From: a virus
Direction: 5' to 3' (one strand)
Virus record (IMG/VR): IMGVR_UViG_3300028831_000592
Location: 1-38,552 of that record
Length of the DNA: 38,552 nucleotides
The stretch's first letter is position 1; each line of letters starts with the position of its first letter. The position numbers and the translations under genes were made by a program. The notes below the pieces were generated by a model. That model did not search any database. It was not told the DNA's origin and worked only from the letters and a program-made list of their open reading frames with translations. Of this stretch, positions 16,099-24,771 are shown piece after piece.

Positions 16099-16290
16099 AT
16101 GGCTGAGAAAAAGAACTTTATAAAAAGCGCCATAAAGCATCCTGGCGCACTTCGGAAATCGCTTCACGTAAAAAAAGGTGAAAAAATTTCGGAAGAGAAG
16201 CTTGAGAAGGCCGAGCATAGTAAGAACCCTACAATGCGTCGCAGAGCCAATCTCGCCGAGACCTTAGGCAAGCTTAGAAGGAAGAAATAA
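16099..16290 (+). CDS. Small conserved phage protein (HPGALRKxL ... RRRANLAETL pattern; I recall this family as DUF3008)
   Basis: The 63-aa ORF carries that motif pattern, which is common between portal and scaffold genes of podoviruses. Confidence 0.55.
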   Translation: MAEKKNFIKSAIKHPGALRKSLHVKKGEKISEEKLEKAEHSKNPTMRRRANLAETLGKLRRKK

Positions 16291-16433
16291 TGCCCCTCGT
16301 TAAAGGACCCAAAGCTAGGACGAAGGCTGGCATAGCGAAAAATATACGTGCCGAATCTGTAAGTAAGCCGCATAAACAAGCTGTTGCAATAGCTATGTCT
16401 CTAGCTAAAAAAGGTACCAAAAAACGGAAATGA
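16290..16433 (+). CDS. Small basic protein, 47 aa (MPLVKGPKARTKAGIAKNIRAESVSKPHKQAVAIAMSLAKKGTKKRK)
   Basis: Hand translation, with a TAATG overlap to the previous gene. Confidence 0.45.
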   Translation: MPLVKGPKARTKAGIAKNIRAESVSKPHKQAVAIAMSLAKKGTKKRK

Positions 16434-16526
16434 CCCCTCCCCTACCGGCGAAAATGCTATTTTTTGGCTATTTTTATGGGAGTAGACCCTATTTTTGTGC
16501 GAGTAGGGCGGTATTTTCGAAGAAAG

Positions 16527-16555
16527 TTGACTTCATATATGGTCAGGAATAGACT
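16527..16555 (+). promoter_or_regulatory. Candidate promoter for the scaffold/coat operon
   Basis: TTGACT (16527..16532), a 17-nt spacer, then TAGACT (16550..16555). Helically phased CTATTTTT tracts precede it. Confidence 0.4.
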
Positions 16556-16732
16556 GAAATTGAAGTTAGATAAATTAGGTTAGGTTGAATTTTAACTGAA
16601 CTAAAAGATTGGTGGACCATCCACTTAAAAACTGGGTTTAACTTTGTGGTTTAAGGAATAAGCCACCGGACTCAACGATTGAGGTCTACCGCTGCACGCG
16701 GGTAACAGTGTAAAAGAAAGGAAGGATTGTTT

Positions 16733-17437
16733 ATGGATGAACAAGAATTAAGTGGCGGAGCCACGCCTTCTCAACCGGCTGAAAAGATGTTAAGCCAGGC
16801 TGAGGTGAATGCGATTGTAGCTCGTGAAAAACAGGCTGCAGCTGCGCGTGCACGGCAAGAAGCTGAGAGAGAGTATCAACAACGTGCTGAGCAAGCTCAA
16901 GCGCAAATGGCGCAACAGCAACCTCAGAGAGAGGAACAGCAACGCTACCCAAGCGATGCTGATGCCGATGCAATCTATCAGCAGGTCCAAGAGCGCTTCA
17001 ATAGGGAGATGCAAGAACGTCAGTTCCAATCGGAAATGACCAATGTTGCAAATGCTTATCACGCGAAGATGGACTTAGGCCGTAAAGGGTATACCGATTT
17101 CGATGAGGTGACAAAGGATTTCGATCCGACTGCATTTCCACAGCTCGTCTACTTAGTAGCAGGCGTGGAGAATGCGGGTGACATTATCTACGAACTCAGT
17201 AAGAACCCCCAAAAGCTCGTAACGCTCGATTCCTTGGCAAAGACGTCACCACGTCTTGCACAAGCTGAATTGGTGCGCCTGTCTCAGTCTATCACGCAAA
17301 ATAACGTGGCTAGAAATGAGGCACAGCAAAACCCAACTCAAGCTCCGTTATCTCCATTGCAACCTTCACGTGTATCCGGAAGCAATGGTCAGATGACGAT
17401 TCGAGATTTGCGCTCGCAGCCTTGGCTGAGAGGGTAG
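16733..17437 (+). CDS. Scaffolding protein
   Basis: It lies between portal and coat. AEVNAIVAREKQAAAARARQEAEREYQQRAEQAQAQ is typical of Q/A/E-rich helical scaffold proteins. I prefer the ATG at 16733, after GAAAGGAAGGA. Confidence 0.7.
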   Translation: MDEQELSGGATPSQPAEKMLSQAEVNAIVAREKQAAAARARQEAEREYQQRAEQAQAQMAQQQPQREEQQRYPSDADADAIYQQVQERFNREMQERQFQSEMTNVANAYHAKMDLGRKGYTDFDEVTKDFDPTAFPQLVYLVAGVENAGDIIYELSKNPQKLVTLDSLAKTSPRLAQAELVRLSQSITQNNVARNEAQQNPTQAPLSPLQPSRVSGSNGQMTIRDLRSQPWLRG

Positions 17438-17489
17438 AACGAATTTAGTTTGCCATTGCTCCACTTGTTAAACGCAAATGGAGATTGCA

Positions 17490-17930
17490 ATGTCAACTAA
17501 TAACATTTTGCAACAGGTTATTACCTATAACGAAAGTAACCTCGCGCTTCTATTAAACTCGTTCTGCTTTTTAAGCACAGCAAACAAGAAGTTTGTTGGC
17601 TTTAATGATTCGGTCCCTAAAAACTTGGGCGATACTGTATCGTTCGATTTGCCCCCTCGTTTTACCACAACGAATTCCTTGGTTGTTACATTCCAACCTG
17701 CGGTTCAAAGGGTGCAAACCTTAACGGTAAACCAACAAGTCAGCACTGCATATGAGTTCACTGCCCAACAATTTATATTCAACGTACGTGATTATATGGA
17801 ACGTTTTGGGATGTCTGCTGTGTCTGAAATTGGTACTCAGATTGAATCTAATATCGCTCAACTTGCCGAAACGAATACCTACCGTTTCTATGGAGATGGG
17901 GTGAATCCAATAAACAGTTATTTGCAGCTT
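17490..17930 (+). CDS. Major capsid (coat) protein, P22-like, exon 1
   Basis: The ATG at 17490 is preceded by GGAGA. The reading frame is interrupted by the intron, and the proposed exon end is after U17930 (...NSYLQL). Confidence 0.75.
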
Positions 17931-18179
17931 TGCGACAGTAGAGCCGCTGCTTAGTAATAAGCAGATGAAACCGGGTGAACTCAGGGGAAGTCTCAAGTAG
18001 ACAATCCTGATCTAAGCCTCGAAAGAGGAAAGAGCAACGACTAGAGAGAAATCTCGTACACTCAAGTGAGTGGAAGTGCCCGGCCCCTGAATCAGGGTGA
18101 AGATATAGTCTAATCTACCAGGCGACTGGTAGCTGCCGAAAGGCGGGTTAGGATTAACGACCTTAACTGAATATAAATG
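17931..18179 (+). ncRNA. Group I self-splicing intron, ORF-less, with a T4 td-like (IA2-type) core
   Basis: Paired stems are P2 17947-52/17959-64, P3 17971-75/18079-83 and P4 17981-85/18006-10. P6 18017-20/18025-28 has a GAAA loop and P8 is 18085-89/18093-97. P9 18115-21/18126-32 has a GCGA loop and P9.1 18133-37/18142-46 has a GAAA loop. Conserved strings are GTAGACAATCC, AGATATAGTC and the 3' end GATTAACGACCTTAACTGAATATAAATG. The intron ends in G. Confidence 0.8.
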
Positions 18180-18986
18180 GCAAATGCACTAGCCTTCTTC
18201 CGTAACTACGGCGCTGCTGTAATGGATACCAAGGGCTTCTTATCGGATTTAACATTCCCACTAATCGTAAACTCTGGCTTAAATCAATTTACGCTTAACC
18301 GTGGTAATGAAGAGGCTATGTCATGGGAAATCGGCGAATTCAGCAATTGCGAATGGTACCAATCTAACCTTCTTAAGACCCACATTGCAGGTACTGAAGG
18401 CCAACAAGCTTCTGTATTAACGGTTGTTTCTACTACTTTAGATGCTAATGGTGCCGTTATTGCTATTACCTTTAGTGGTACGAATGCAGCTAATGATGTT
18501 AACTCTGTTAAGGCTTATGACAAGTTCATGTTTAGTGATGGTGTATCTGGCCAACCTAACATGCGTTATTTAACTTTCATAGGTCATAAGGTCTCTCAAA
18601 ACCCTGTGCAGTTCCGCGCTACAGCAGATGCAGGTTCAACAGCCGGTTCTCAAGTAACGGTCAATATCTTCCCTCCATTGCAAGTTAATGCAGGCCAAGA
18701 TCAAAACATCAACAACCCAATCGTTGCTGGTATGCAGGTAACCGTTCTTCCAAGCCATAGATGCGGCTTAATTTACTCCGGTAACCCATTGTTCCTAGCG
18801 ATGCCAAGGCTACCAGAAGAAGTTCCATACCCAACTGCGATTGCGACCGACCCAGACTCAGGTGCCTCTTTAAGAAGCTACTACGGGTCATTGTTCGGTC
18901 AAAACCAACGTGGTTATGTAACCGATTGCATCTGGGGGTCTACATTGGTAGACGAATACGCTATGATGGTGGCACTTCCTGTGTAA
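18180..18986 (+). CDS. Major capsid (coat) protein, P22-like, exon 2
   Basis: In-frame TGA and TAA lie just upstream (18168-70 and 18174-76). The spliced product is 415 aa, with the junction reading ...INSYLQL|ANALAFFRNYG.... The C-terminus YGSLFGQNQRGYVTDCIWGSTLV resembles the P22 coat C-terminus. Confidence 0.75.
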   Translation, partial: ANALAFFRNYGAAVMDTKGFLSDLTFPLIVNSGLNQFTLNRGNEEAMSWEIGEFSNCEWYQSNLLKTHIAGTEGQQASVLTVVSTTLDANGAVIAITFSGTNAANDVNSVKAYDKFMFSDGVSGQPNMRYLTFIGHKVSQNPVQFRATADAGSTAGSQVTVNIFPPLQVNAGQDQNINNPIVAGMQVTVLPSHRCGLIYSGNPLFLAMPRLPEEVPYPTAIATDPDSGASLRSYYGSLFGQNQRGYVTDCIWGSTLVDEYAMMVALPV

Positions 18987-19041
18987 CCCATATTGGGCTT
19001 TTTGAGATATAATGTCGTTTTCTAACCAATAGGAGACGACA

Positions 19042-19611
19042 ATGACCGAAAGTAGTAAAGAAGTATATGTTGGTAGAGCAGATATGGGGAGCGGTAGAAG
19101 TCCTTTTTGCTCAACGTGTAGGCAGCTTAAAGAACCTGGTCGTGAAAACGAAAGCAGGTGCAAAAAATGCAAAAGTGATGCTAATAAGGCACGAAGAGCA
19201 AGAAAACGGGAAGAGAAGGGAATGCCTCCTTTCAATTCAGGACGAAAGCCAGAATGTTGCAGATGCGGTGGTCCGAAAGAAGTTTTGACTGCTGGATATT
19301 GTAACAAATGCCATAGTTATAAGGCTAGGGCCAGAAGAAAGGTAAACAGAGAAAGTGCTATATTTATTGAAAATGAGAGAAATAAAGTTAATGAAAGATA
19401 TAGAAACGATCCTGATTTTGCGCTTAAAAAGCTTGTTAGAGCTGCTACCAATAAATGCATCAAAGCTGGAATTTTGGTTAAAAAGCCCTGTGAGGTATGC
19501 GGGAATAAAAAGGTTGATGCACATCATGATGACTATCAGAAACCATTGGATGTTAGGTGGCTTTGTAGGCTTCATCATGTTGAACATCATAGAAACGAAC
19601 TTAATAAATAG
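19042..19611 (+). CDS. Free-standing HNH-type endonuclease with two N-terminal zinc-ribbon/basic repeats
   Basis: The C-terminus CEVCGNKKVDAHHDDYQKPLDVRWLCRLHHVEHHR matches the C..CG...v.aHH.DY.KPL.V.WLC..CH..H pattern seen in phage HNH proteins. The N-terminal repeats are CSTC..CKKC and CCRC..CNKC, each followed by a K/R-rich segment. Confidence 0.7.
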   Translation: MTESSKEVYVGRADMGSGRSPFCSTCRQLKEPGRENESRCKKCKSDANKARRARKREEKGMPPFNSGRKPECCRCGGPKEVLTAGYCNKCHSYKARARRKVNRESAIFIENERNKVNERYRNDPDFALKKLVRAATNKCIKAGILVKKPCEVCGNKKVDAHHDDYQKPLDVRWLCRLHHVEHHRNELNK

Positions 19612-19620
19612 GAGACTAAA

Positions 19621-20370
19621 ATGTCTGTAAACACCCCAATTGTGAATGCCCGCGTAGCTTACGTGAATGGCCTTCAACTCGCATGGGTTAGCACTACGAC
19701 CTTTACAATGGCCGCCGGTGCTGCCTCTAATAGCAATGATATCAATGACATCGTTCTTCCTGCTTTAGTAACCAACACGATTACTTCAGTTGGGCCTAAC
19801 GGTGTTGATATCGCTGCTGCTGTAGCTAGCTCATTCTACGCTGTTTATGTCATTGGTGACTCAACGGGTTATCAACCTACAGCTAGTTTGATCTCATTAG
19901 ACCTATCGGTTCCTTCATTGCCTTTTAACTACGATATGTACCGTCGTGTAGGTTTCATCCTAACTGACAGTTCATCTCATGTTCTTAAGTTCTGGCAATA
20001 TGGAAATGGTAGCTTAAAAGATATGTGGTATGACACACCTATCGCAACACCAGCCATCACGACAGCGACAAGCTACTCAACTCAATCGTTAGCAGCAGGT
20101 GTTCCTCCTATTGTATGTGAGGCATTTTTAGCTGTGAATTATGGAGCTGTAGCAGCGTCTGATGTCGTTAGCCTTGCTCCTTATGGCTCAACACCTTCTG
20201 TAGCGATGATTACCCTAGGTTCTGGTGTAGCACTTGCCACTTCAGATCAATTCTACTCGGTAGTTGTTCCGTCGGCTCTGCATAGCGGTGTTCCAACCAT
20301 TGAGCATAAGGAAACTTCAGCGTCAGATACATTGGCTATTTCTGTCGCTGGATATAGAGATAGCTTATAA
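19621..20370 (+). CDS. Virion structural protein, function unknown
   Basis: A 249-aa ORF in the structural operon with an AGGAGA RBS. It is S/T/A/V-rich and looks beta-rich. Confidence 0.6.
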   Translation: MSVNTPIVNARVAYVNGLQLAWVSTTTFTMAAGAASNSNDINDIVLPALVTNTITSVGPNGVDIAAAVASSFYAVYVIGDSTGYQPTASLISLDLSVPSLPFNYDMYRRVGFILTDSSSHVLKFWQYGNGSLKDMWYDTPIATPAITTATSYSTQSLAAGVPPIVCEAFLAVNYGAVAASDVVSLAPYGSTPSVAMITLGSGVALATSDQFYSVVVPSALHSGVPTIEHKETSASDTLAISVAGYRDSL

Positions 20371-20382
20371 AGGAGATCTCCT

Positions 20383-21093
20383 ATGGCTTATACAACGAAT
20401 CAACTCATAACAAACGCATTCTATTCCTCTGGTGTTGTTTCACGTGAGTTTGAAACGGTCAGTGGACAGCAGATAGGAGATGGCCTCTCTTGGCTTAACC
20501 AAATCATTGATGAGAAGGTGGTAGACGATGGAATGATTCCATACGAAAGCACCTATACATTCAATGCAGTACCAGGCCAAGAGATTTACTTTATACCGAA
20601 CCTTATTCAGATTGATACCTTAGTGTTCTTCCTGAATACGGTTCGATTCTCAATGATGTACAACAAGCGAAATAATTACTTTGGATCTAACCGCGTACAA
20701 AACATTAGGACGCTTCCTTATCAGTGGTACTTTGAAAGACAATTGCATGGTGGAAATCTATATATTTATTTCTCACCAGACCAAGCCTACCCAATGGAGC
20801 TTCACGGGACCTTTAGGCTTCCTGAGGTGACATTGGGTCAGGATTTAACGCTAACGTTGGATATGTTCTATATCACCTATCTGGTATATGCGTTAGCCGA
20901 TAGAATTTGTGCCGAATATAATTATGTAACACCGCCTGGAGTTACCAGGCAATTGGGTAAATATGAAGGATGGATTGATAAGAAATCTAGGTTATTGGAT
21001 TTGAGGCTTGAGAAGGTTTCATGCTTGAATAGCCATACAACTACCTATTCTTGGTCGTACATAAACTTGGGCCGAGGTTTCACTCCACCGTAA
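20383..21093 (+). CDS. Virion structural protein, possibly a head-tail adaptor by position (P22 gp4 position)
   Basis: A 236-aa ORF directly upstream of the gp10-like gene. The assignment rests on position only. Confidence 0.5.
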   Translation: MAYTTNQLITNAFYSSGVVSREFETVSGQQIGDGLSWLNQIIDEKVVDDGMIPYESTYTFNAVPGQEIYFIPNLIQIDTLVFFLNTVRFSMMYNKRNNYFGSNRVQNIRTLPYQWYFERQLHGGNLYIYFSPDQAYPMELHGTFRLPEVTLGQDLTLTLDMFYITYLVYALADRICAEYNYVTPPGVTRQLGKYEGWIDKKSRLLDLRLEKVSCLNSHTTTYSWSYINLGRGFTPP

Positions 21094-21120
21094 AAATGCT
21101 GATATAATCAGGGAATTTGA

Positions 21121-22710
21121 ATGTCGACAGAATTAGCGCAACAAGCCCCCGTTAACGTAGCAGGCTCCAGTAAGTTTGGAATTTGGCCCAAGATTAATCT
21201 TGAGAAAACGTATAACATGTACATTTCTGATAACTGGATGATATCTTTTCCTGGCTATAAAAAAATTGCCTTAGAAGCCTTAACAGGAGAAGGTAGAGCT
21301 ATATTTCGCTCTGTTCGTGGTGGATTTTTAATAGCGGTCATAGGTTCTGGAGTCTACCGATTAAATGCAAATCTAGCCCCAATATTCATAAGCAATATTG
21401 ACACAGTGCGTGGAGAGGTTTTTATAGATGAGAACCTCCTAGGTCAAATATGCTTAGTGGATGGAACGAAAGCCTACATATACTCTTATGCAAGTGGAAG
21501 CTTCACAACTCAGGATTTGAGAGATGAAAATAATAATCCAATAGTTCCAAACTACGTTTCCTATCACAATACTTTCTTTTTGATTTCGTCTTCAAAGACA
21601 AGTCAGAGCAACCAGAACTGGTATGCTTTTGAATGGGCATCAGATACCACTATTTCCGTTTTCTCTACTCAGTCTATATCTACCAAGCCAGATACAGCAA
21701 TCGCCGCTAGACGCATTCCAGGGCGCGGAAACAACGTGATTGTCCTTGGAGAGTCCGTATCTGAAATCTGGACCTTCACAGGCGCCGAGCCAGTTGCCGG
21801 GGTTGATAGAACCTATACCAGGGTATCGTCCTATAACATCGATAATGGCTGTATCAGCGTTTCAACCATTGCAGCAGGCGAGGATACCATAGCTTGGCTA
21901 GCTGTAAATGAGGTTAACTCTCCCGTCATCATGGTAACCAATGGAGCCGAAACGCGCCAGATATCAACCGACGGTATTGATCACCTTATGGAAAGCATTA
22001 AGTTTCCAGAACAATCTACTGCGTTCTTCTTCCGGCAAAATGGACACCTATTTTATCAGTTAACATTCTTTAACCCCGTCGATAATCTAACTCTAATTCA
22101 TGATTTTACGAATAATCAGTTCTACCATTTATCAGATGAGAACCTTAACTATCATATAGCTCGAGATATTGTTTACTTTAATGAGAGGTCATACTTTGTC
22201 TCGCTCAAGGATGCTTCTATCTATGAAATTGCAGACCAATATAATACTTATAGCTATTCGACTGCCAAAGACGATGTTGGCTTAACCATTCCTAGGATAC
22301 GTATATGCAAGACAATTAGAAAGGAAGATTCCTCAACCTTTAGGTGTGGAATGTTCACCTTTTGGATAGAGCAGGGCGTTAATAATTTCTTCGATGCGGG
22401 TGAATGCGATGGGGAAATGATAACCGAAATTACCGAACAAATAATGATAAGCGAAAGCGGCTTTACCATGCTAGACGAACAGGGATTCTGCCCTCCAGAG
22501 ATTGATGTACCGCGCGTTGATATGTCCTTCTCAAAGAACGGTAACGAATCATTTAGCAATTTCGTAGGTAGAGATTTGCAACCCATGGCTCATTTTAGAA
22601 ATCAAATACGCTGGCATAGAATTGGTCAGGCAAATGAGATTACAATTCAATTGAGATTCTGGGGCTTAAATCGCTTCGTGGTTCAAGATGGCGTTTTGGA
22701 GATGTATTAA
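21121..22710 (+). CDS. Packaged-DNA stabilisation / tail hub protein (P22 gp10-like)
   Basis: 529 aa. SFPGYKKIALEALTGEGRAIFRSVRGG..VYRL and the C-terminal IRWHRIGQANEITIQLRFWG parallel P22 gp10 segments as I recall them. Confidence 0.6.
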   Translation: MSTELAQQAPVNVAGSSKFGIWPKINLEKTYNMYISDNWMISFPGYKKIALEALTGEGRAIFRSVRGGFLIAVIGSGVYRLNANLAPIFISNIDTVRGEVFIDENLLGQICLVDGTKAYIYSYASGSFTTQDLRDENNNPIVPNYVSYHNTFFLISSSKTSQSNQNWYAFEWASDTTISVFSTQSISTKPDTAIAARRIPGRGNNVIVLGESVSEIWTFTGAEPVAGVDRTYTRVSSYNIDNGCISVSTIAAGEDTIAWLAVNEVNSPVIMVTNGAETRQISTDGIDHLMESIKFPEQSTAFFFRQNGHLFYQLTFFNPVDNLTLIHDFTNNQFYHLSDENLNYHIARDIVYFNERSYFVSLKDASIYEIADQYNTYSYSTAKDDVGLTIPRIRICKTIRKEDSSTFRCGMFTFWIEQGVNNFFDAGECDGEMITEITEQIMISESGFTMLDEQGFCPPEIDVPRVDMSFSKNGNESFSNFVGRDLQPMAHFRNQIRWHRIGQANEITIQLRFWGLNRFVVQDGVLEMY

Positions 22711-23006
22711 TGGCGAATCAACAGATACCTAGTTTACCACCTTTCTTCAATATGAATTATACTGATAAGGAAGGTAATTTAACAGTAAATGCTCAACTGT
22801 TTAACGATTTGACTTATCAAATATTGAATCAAGTAGTAGAGTATTTTAATACAGGTTTGCAGTTGCCACGGAAGACAACAGCAGAGATAATCGTATATTC
22901 AAATGATGCGAATATACCAAATGGGACATTGTGGTTTAATACAAATACAGGATTTTTACAGTTTAAAGATGGTCCTGGATCTATACGAACTGTAACCAGC
23001 ACTTAA
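22710..23006 (+). CDS. Small structural protein
   Basis: A 98-aa ORF with a TAATG overlap to the upstream gene. Confidence 0.5.
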   Translation: MANQQIPSLPPFFNMNYTDKEGNLTVNAQLFNDLTYQILNQVVEYFNTGLQLPRKTTAEIIVYSNDANIPNGTLWFNTNTGFLQFKDGPGSIRTVTST

Positions 23007-23018
23007 AAGGATTTTAAA

Positions 23019-23717
23019 ATGTGGCCATTCTCAAATAAATATGACCCAGCTGAAGAAGCAAATCAATATCTGAATCAAATACAGCCTATGCTCAATGAGC
23101 AATATGCGCCTTATCTTCAAGGTGGCATGGATCCTTCCGCGCTTCAAAACCAATGGATTAGTGATTTTACCCAATCTCCAGGTCAACGCATGGCCATGGA
23201 AGCCGCCCTAAAGCAACAAAGAGGCTATGCAGCGGGTCAAGGAATGATGGGTACCCCAAGTCAACAACTAGGCGCTGGAAGGCTTGCAGCTGCCTTACAG
23301 AACGATCAGATGCAACAGTACTTCAATAATAATCGAGATTTATTCAATACGGGATTTGGAGCAGCCCAAGGTTACTCAGGCGACATGTCGAATATTCTGG
23401 GTTTACAAGGTGGGATGGCCTACAACGAAGCTCAAAATAAGAATAAAGGATTAGGCGACATATTGGGCACACTTCTTAAGACTGCGGGTGGTGCTGGAAT
23501 GGGTTATGCAACGGGCGGATGGCCAGGCGCTATAGCAGGCGGGTTGGGTGCATTCTCAGGCGTAGGCGCCGATAGTAGCGGAAATAATAGCGAATTCATG
23601 AGCAAGTTTTTTGATAATTTAGGAAAACGAAACTCAACACCTGCTGCCCCTACTTACCCAAATAGTGGACAGCCAGTTCATGATCTTGGTTACTATTCCC
23701 CTCTGATGAGATATTAA
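23019..23717 (+). CDS. Gly/Gln/Met-rich internal virion (ejection-type) protein
   Basis: 232 aa, with low-complexity G/Q/M/A composition. Its position matches that of P22 ejection proteins. Confidence 0.55.
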   Translation: MWPFSNKYDPAEEANQYLNQIQPMLNEQYAPYLQGGMDPSALQNQWISDFTQSPGQRMAMEAALKQQRGYAAGQGMMGTPSQQLGAGRLAAALQNDQMQQYFNNNRDLFNTGFGAAQGYSGDMSNILGLQGGMAYNEAQNKNKGLGDILGTLLKTAGGAGMGYATGGWPGAIAGGLGAFSGVGADSSGNNSEFMSKFFDNLGKRNSTPAAPTYPNSGQPVHDLGYYSPLMRY

Positions 23718-23727
23718 GGAGATAAGG

Positions 23728-24771
23728 ATGCCATTTAACCCAAATAGTTTTTCAGCAGGCGCCTCATTACCCGTTGTGGGTCTTCCCTGGATACGGGATT
23801 TGCATGAGAACCTTCAAAAAGGCATGCAGACCTATAATATGCCTCAGCAGGTTAGACAGGAATTTGAAGCTAAACAACTTGCTAATGCTTTATCAAAAGA
23901 ACAAGCTTTGCAGGCCCAGGCTCAAACTCCGTATGCAGCCCAGAATGCTGCAAGTAATGCATCCATACTACAGAATACAGCGGCATATGCTCCTAGAATG
24001 TCAGAAGCTGAAATAAAAAAATTGGAAATGTTAGGTATGTTAGGTGGTATGCAATTTCCAGGAGGCATGGGTCTTGTTCAAGGAGAAGAGGCCGCCGCCA
24101 AGATGTATGGAAGGGGAAGCCCACAATATAAAAGAGCAGTCGCCTTTAACGATGCGCTTGAAAGGCAACGCTTGATGTCAGGTACGCCAGAATCTACTAG
24201 GCTAAGGGAAGACAATGAAAGGATAGCTCAAGATCCAAATATTCCAGCTGCAGACAAAGCAACTCTCATAGCTCTTAATAACGCAAAGAATGAAAAGAAC
24301 TCTGTTAATGCTGAATTAGCCGTAATGGGTGTAAGAGCTGAGATTACTGAGATGGGTTTTGACGAGCTTTTAAAGCCTGAAGTTTCTGAAGCTCTCACTG
24401 TTTATTCAGGGCCTTATGGATCCATTGAGTATGGGATAGATCAATTCACAAAGACGGTTACCGGTAAAACCCCTGAAAGGTTGTTGGCTCATCGCCATGC
24501 TGTAACAACCGCAAAGAATACAGCAAAAAATTTAAGGGCTGCAATTAAAGATTCAGTAACCCCCACCGCTGCTAAAGACATTTTATCTATGCTAGATGCG
24601 TCTAGTTTCGATAAGAGCCCAGAGGAAGCATTAGCTGTTTTAAAAGCAACAGCTATGTTTTTTGAGAAAGAAAAGCAAGCTATTGACGCAGCCACAGGAA
24701 AGTTTAAAAAGAAAAAACCATCTGCTCAAAAAGGATTTACGGTTAATGAATCTGATTGGGAGTTTAAATAA
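23728..24771 (+). CDS. Internal virion (ejection-type) protein
   Basis: 347 aa and helical, A/Q/K-rich. The assignment is by position. Confidence 0.5.
   Translation: MPFNPNSFSAGASLPVVGLPWIRDLHENLQKGMQTYNMPQQVRQEFEAKQLANALSKEQALQAQAQTPYAAQNAASNASILQNTAAYAPRMSEAEIKKLEMLGMLGGMQFPGGMGLVQGEEAAAKMYGRGSPQYKRAVAFNDALERQRLMSGTPESTRLREDNERIAQDPNIPAADKATLIALNNAKNEKNSVNAELAVMGVRAEITEMGFDELLKPEVSEALTVYSGPYGSIEYGIDQFTKTVTGKTPERLLAHRHAVTTAKNTAKNLRAAIKDSVTPTAAKDILSMLDASSFDKSPEEALAVLKATAMFFEKEKQAIDAATGKFKKKKPSAQKGFTVNESDWEFK

Noticed and set aside
16731-17062. ORFs 16731-16973 (-), 16790-17062 (-) and 16824-17039 (+)
   Set aside because: They are shadow ORFs within the scaffold gene.
17952-18180. Alternative intron boundaries using the perfect CTGCTT/AAGCAG helix as P1, with the exon ending at 17951 or 17952
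   Set aside because: That helix lacks the U.G pair at the splice site and fits better as P2. The boundary 17930|17931 gives a U.G pair, a cleaner protein junction, and a 3' end that matches the td-type terminus ending in G18179.
18709-19677. Minus-strand ORFs 18709-18891, 18888-19307 and 19237-19677, and plus-strand ORFs 19067-19288 and 19355-19630
   Set aside because: They are opposite or out of frame to the coat exon 2 and the motif-supported HNH gene.
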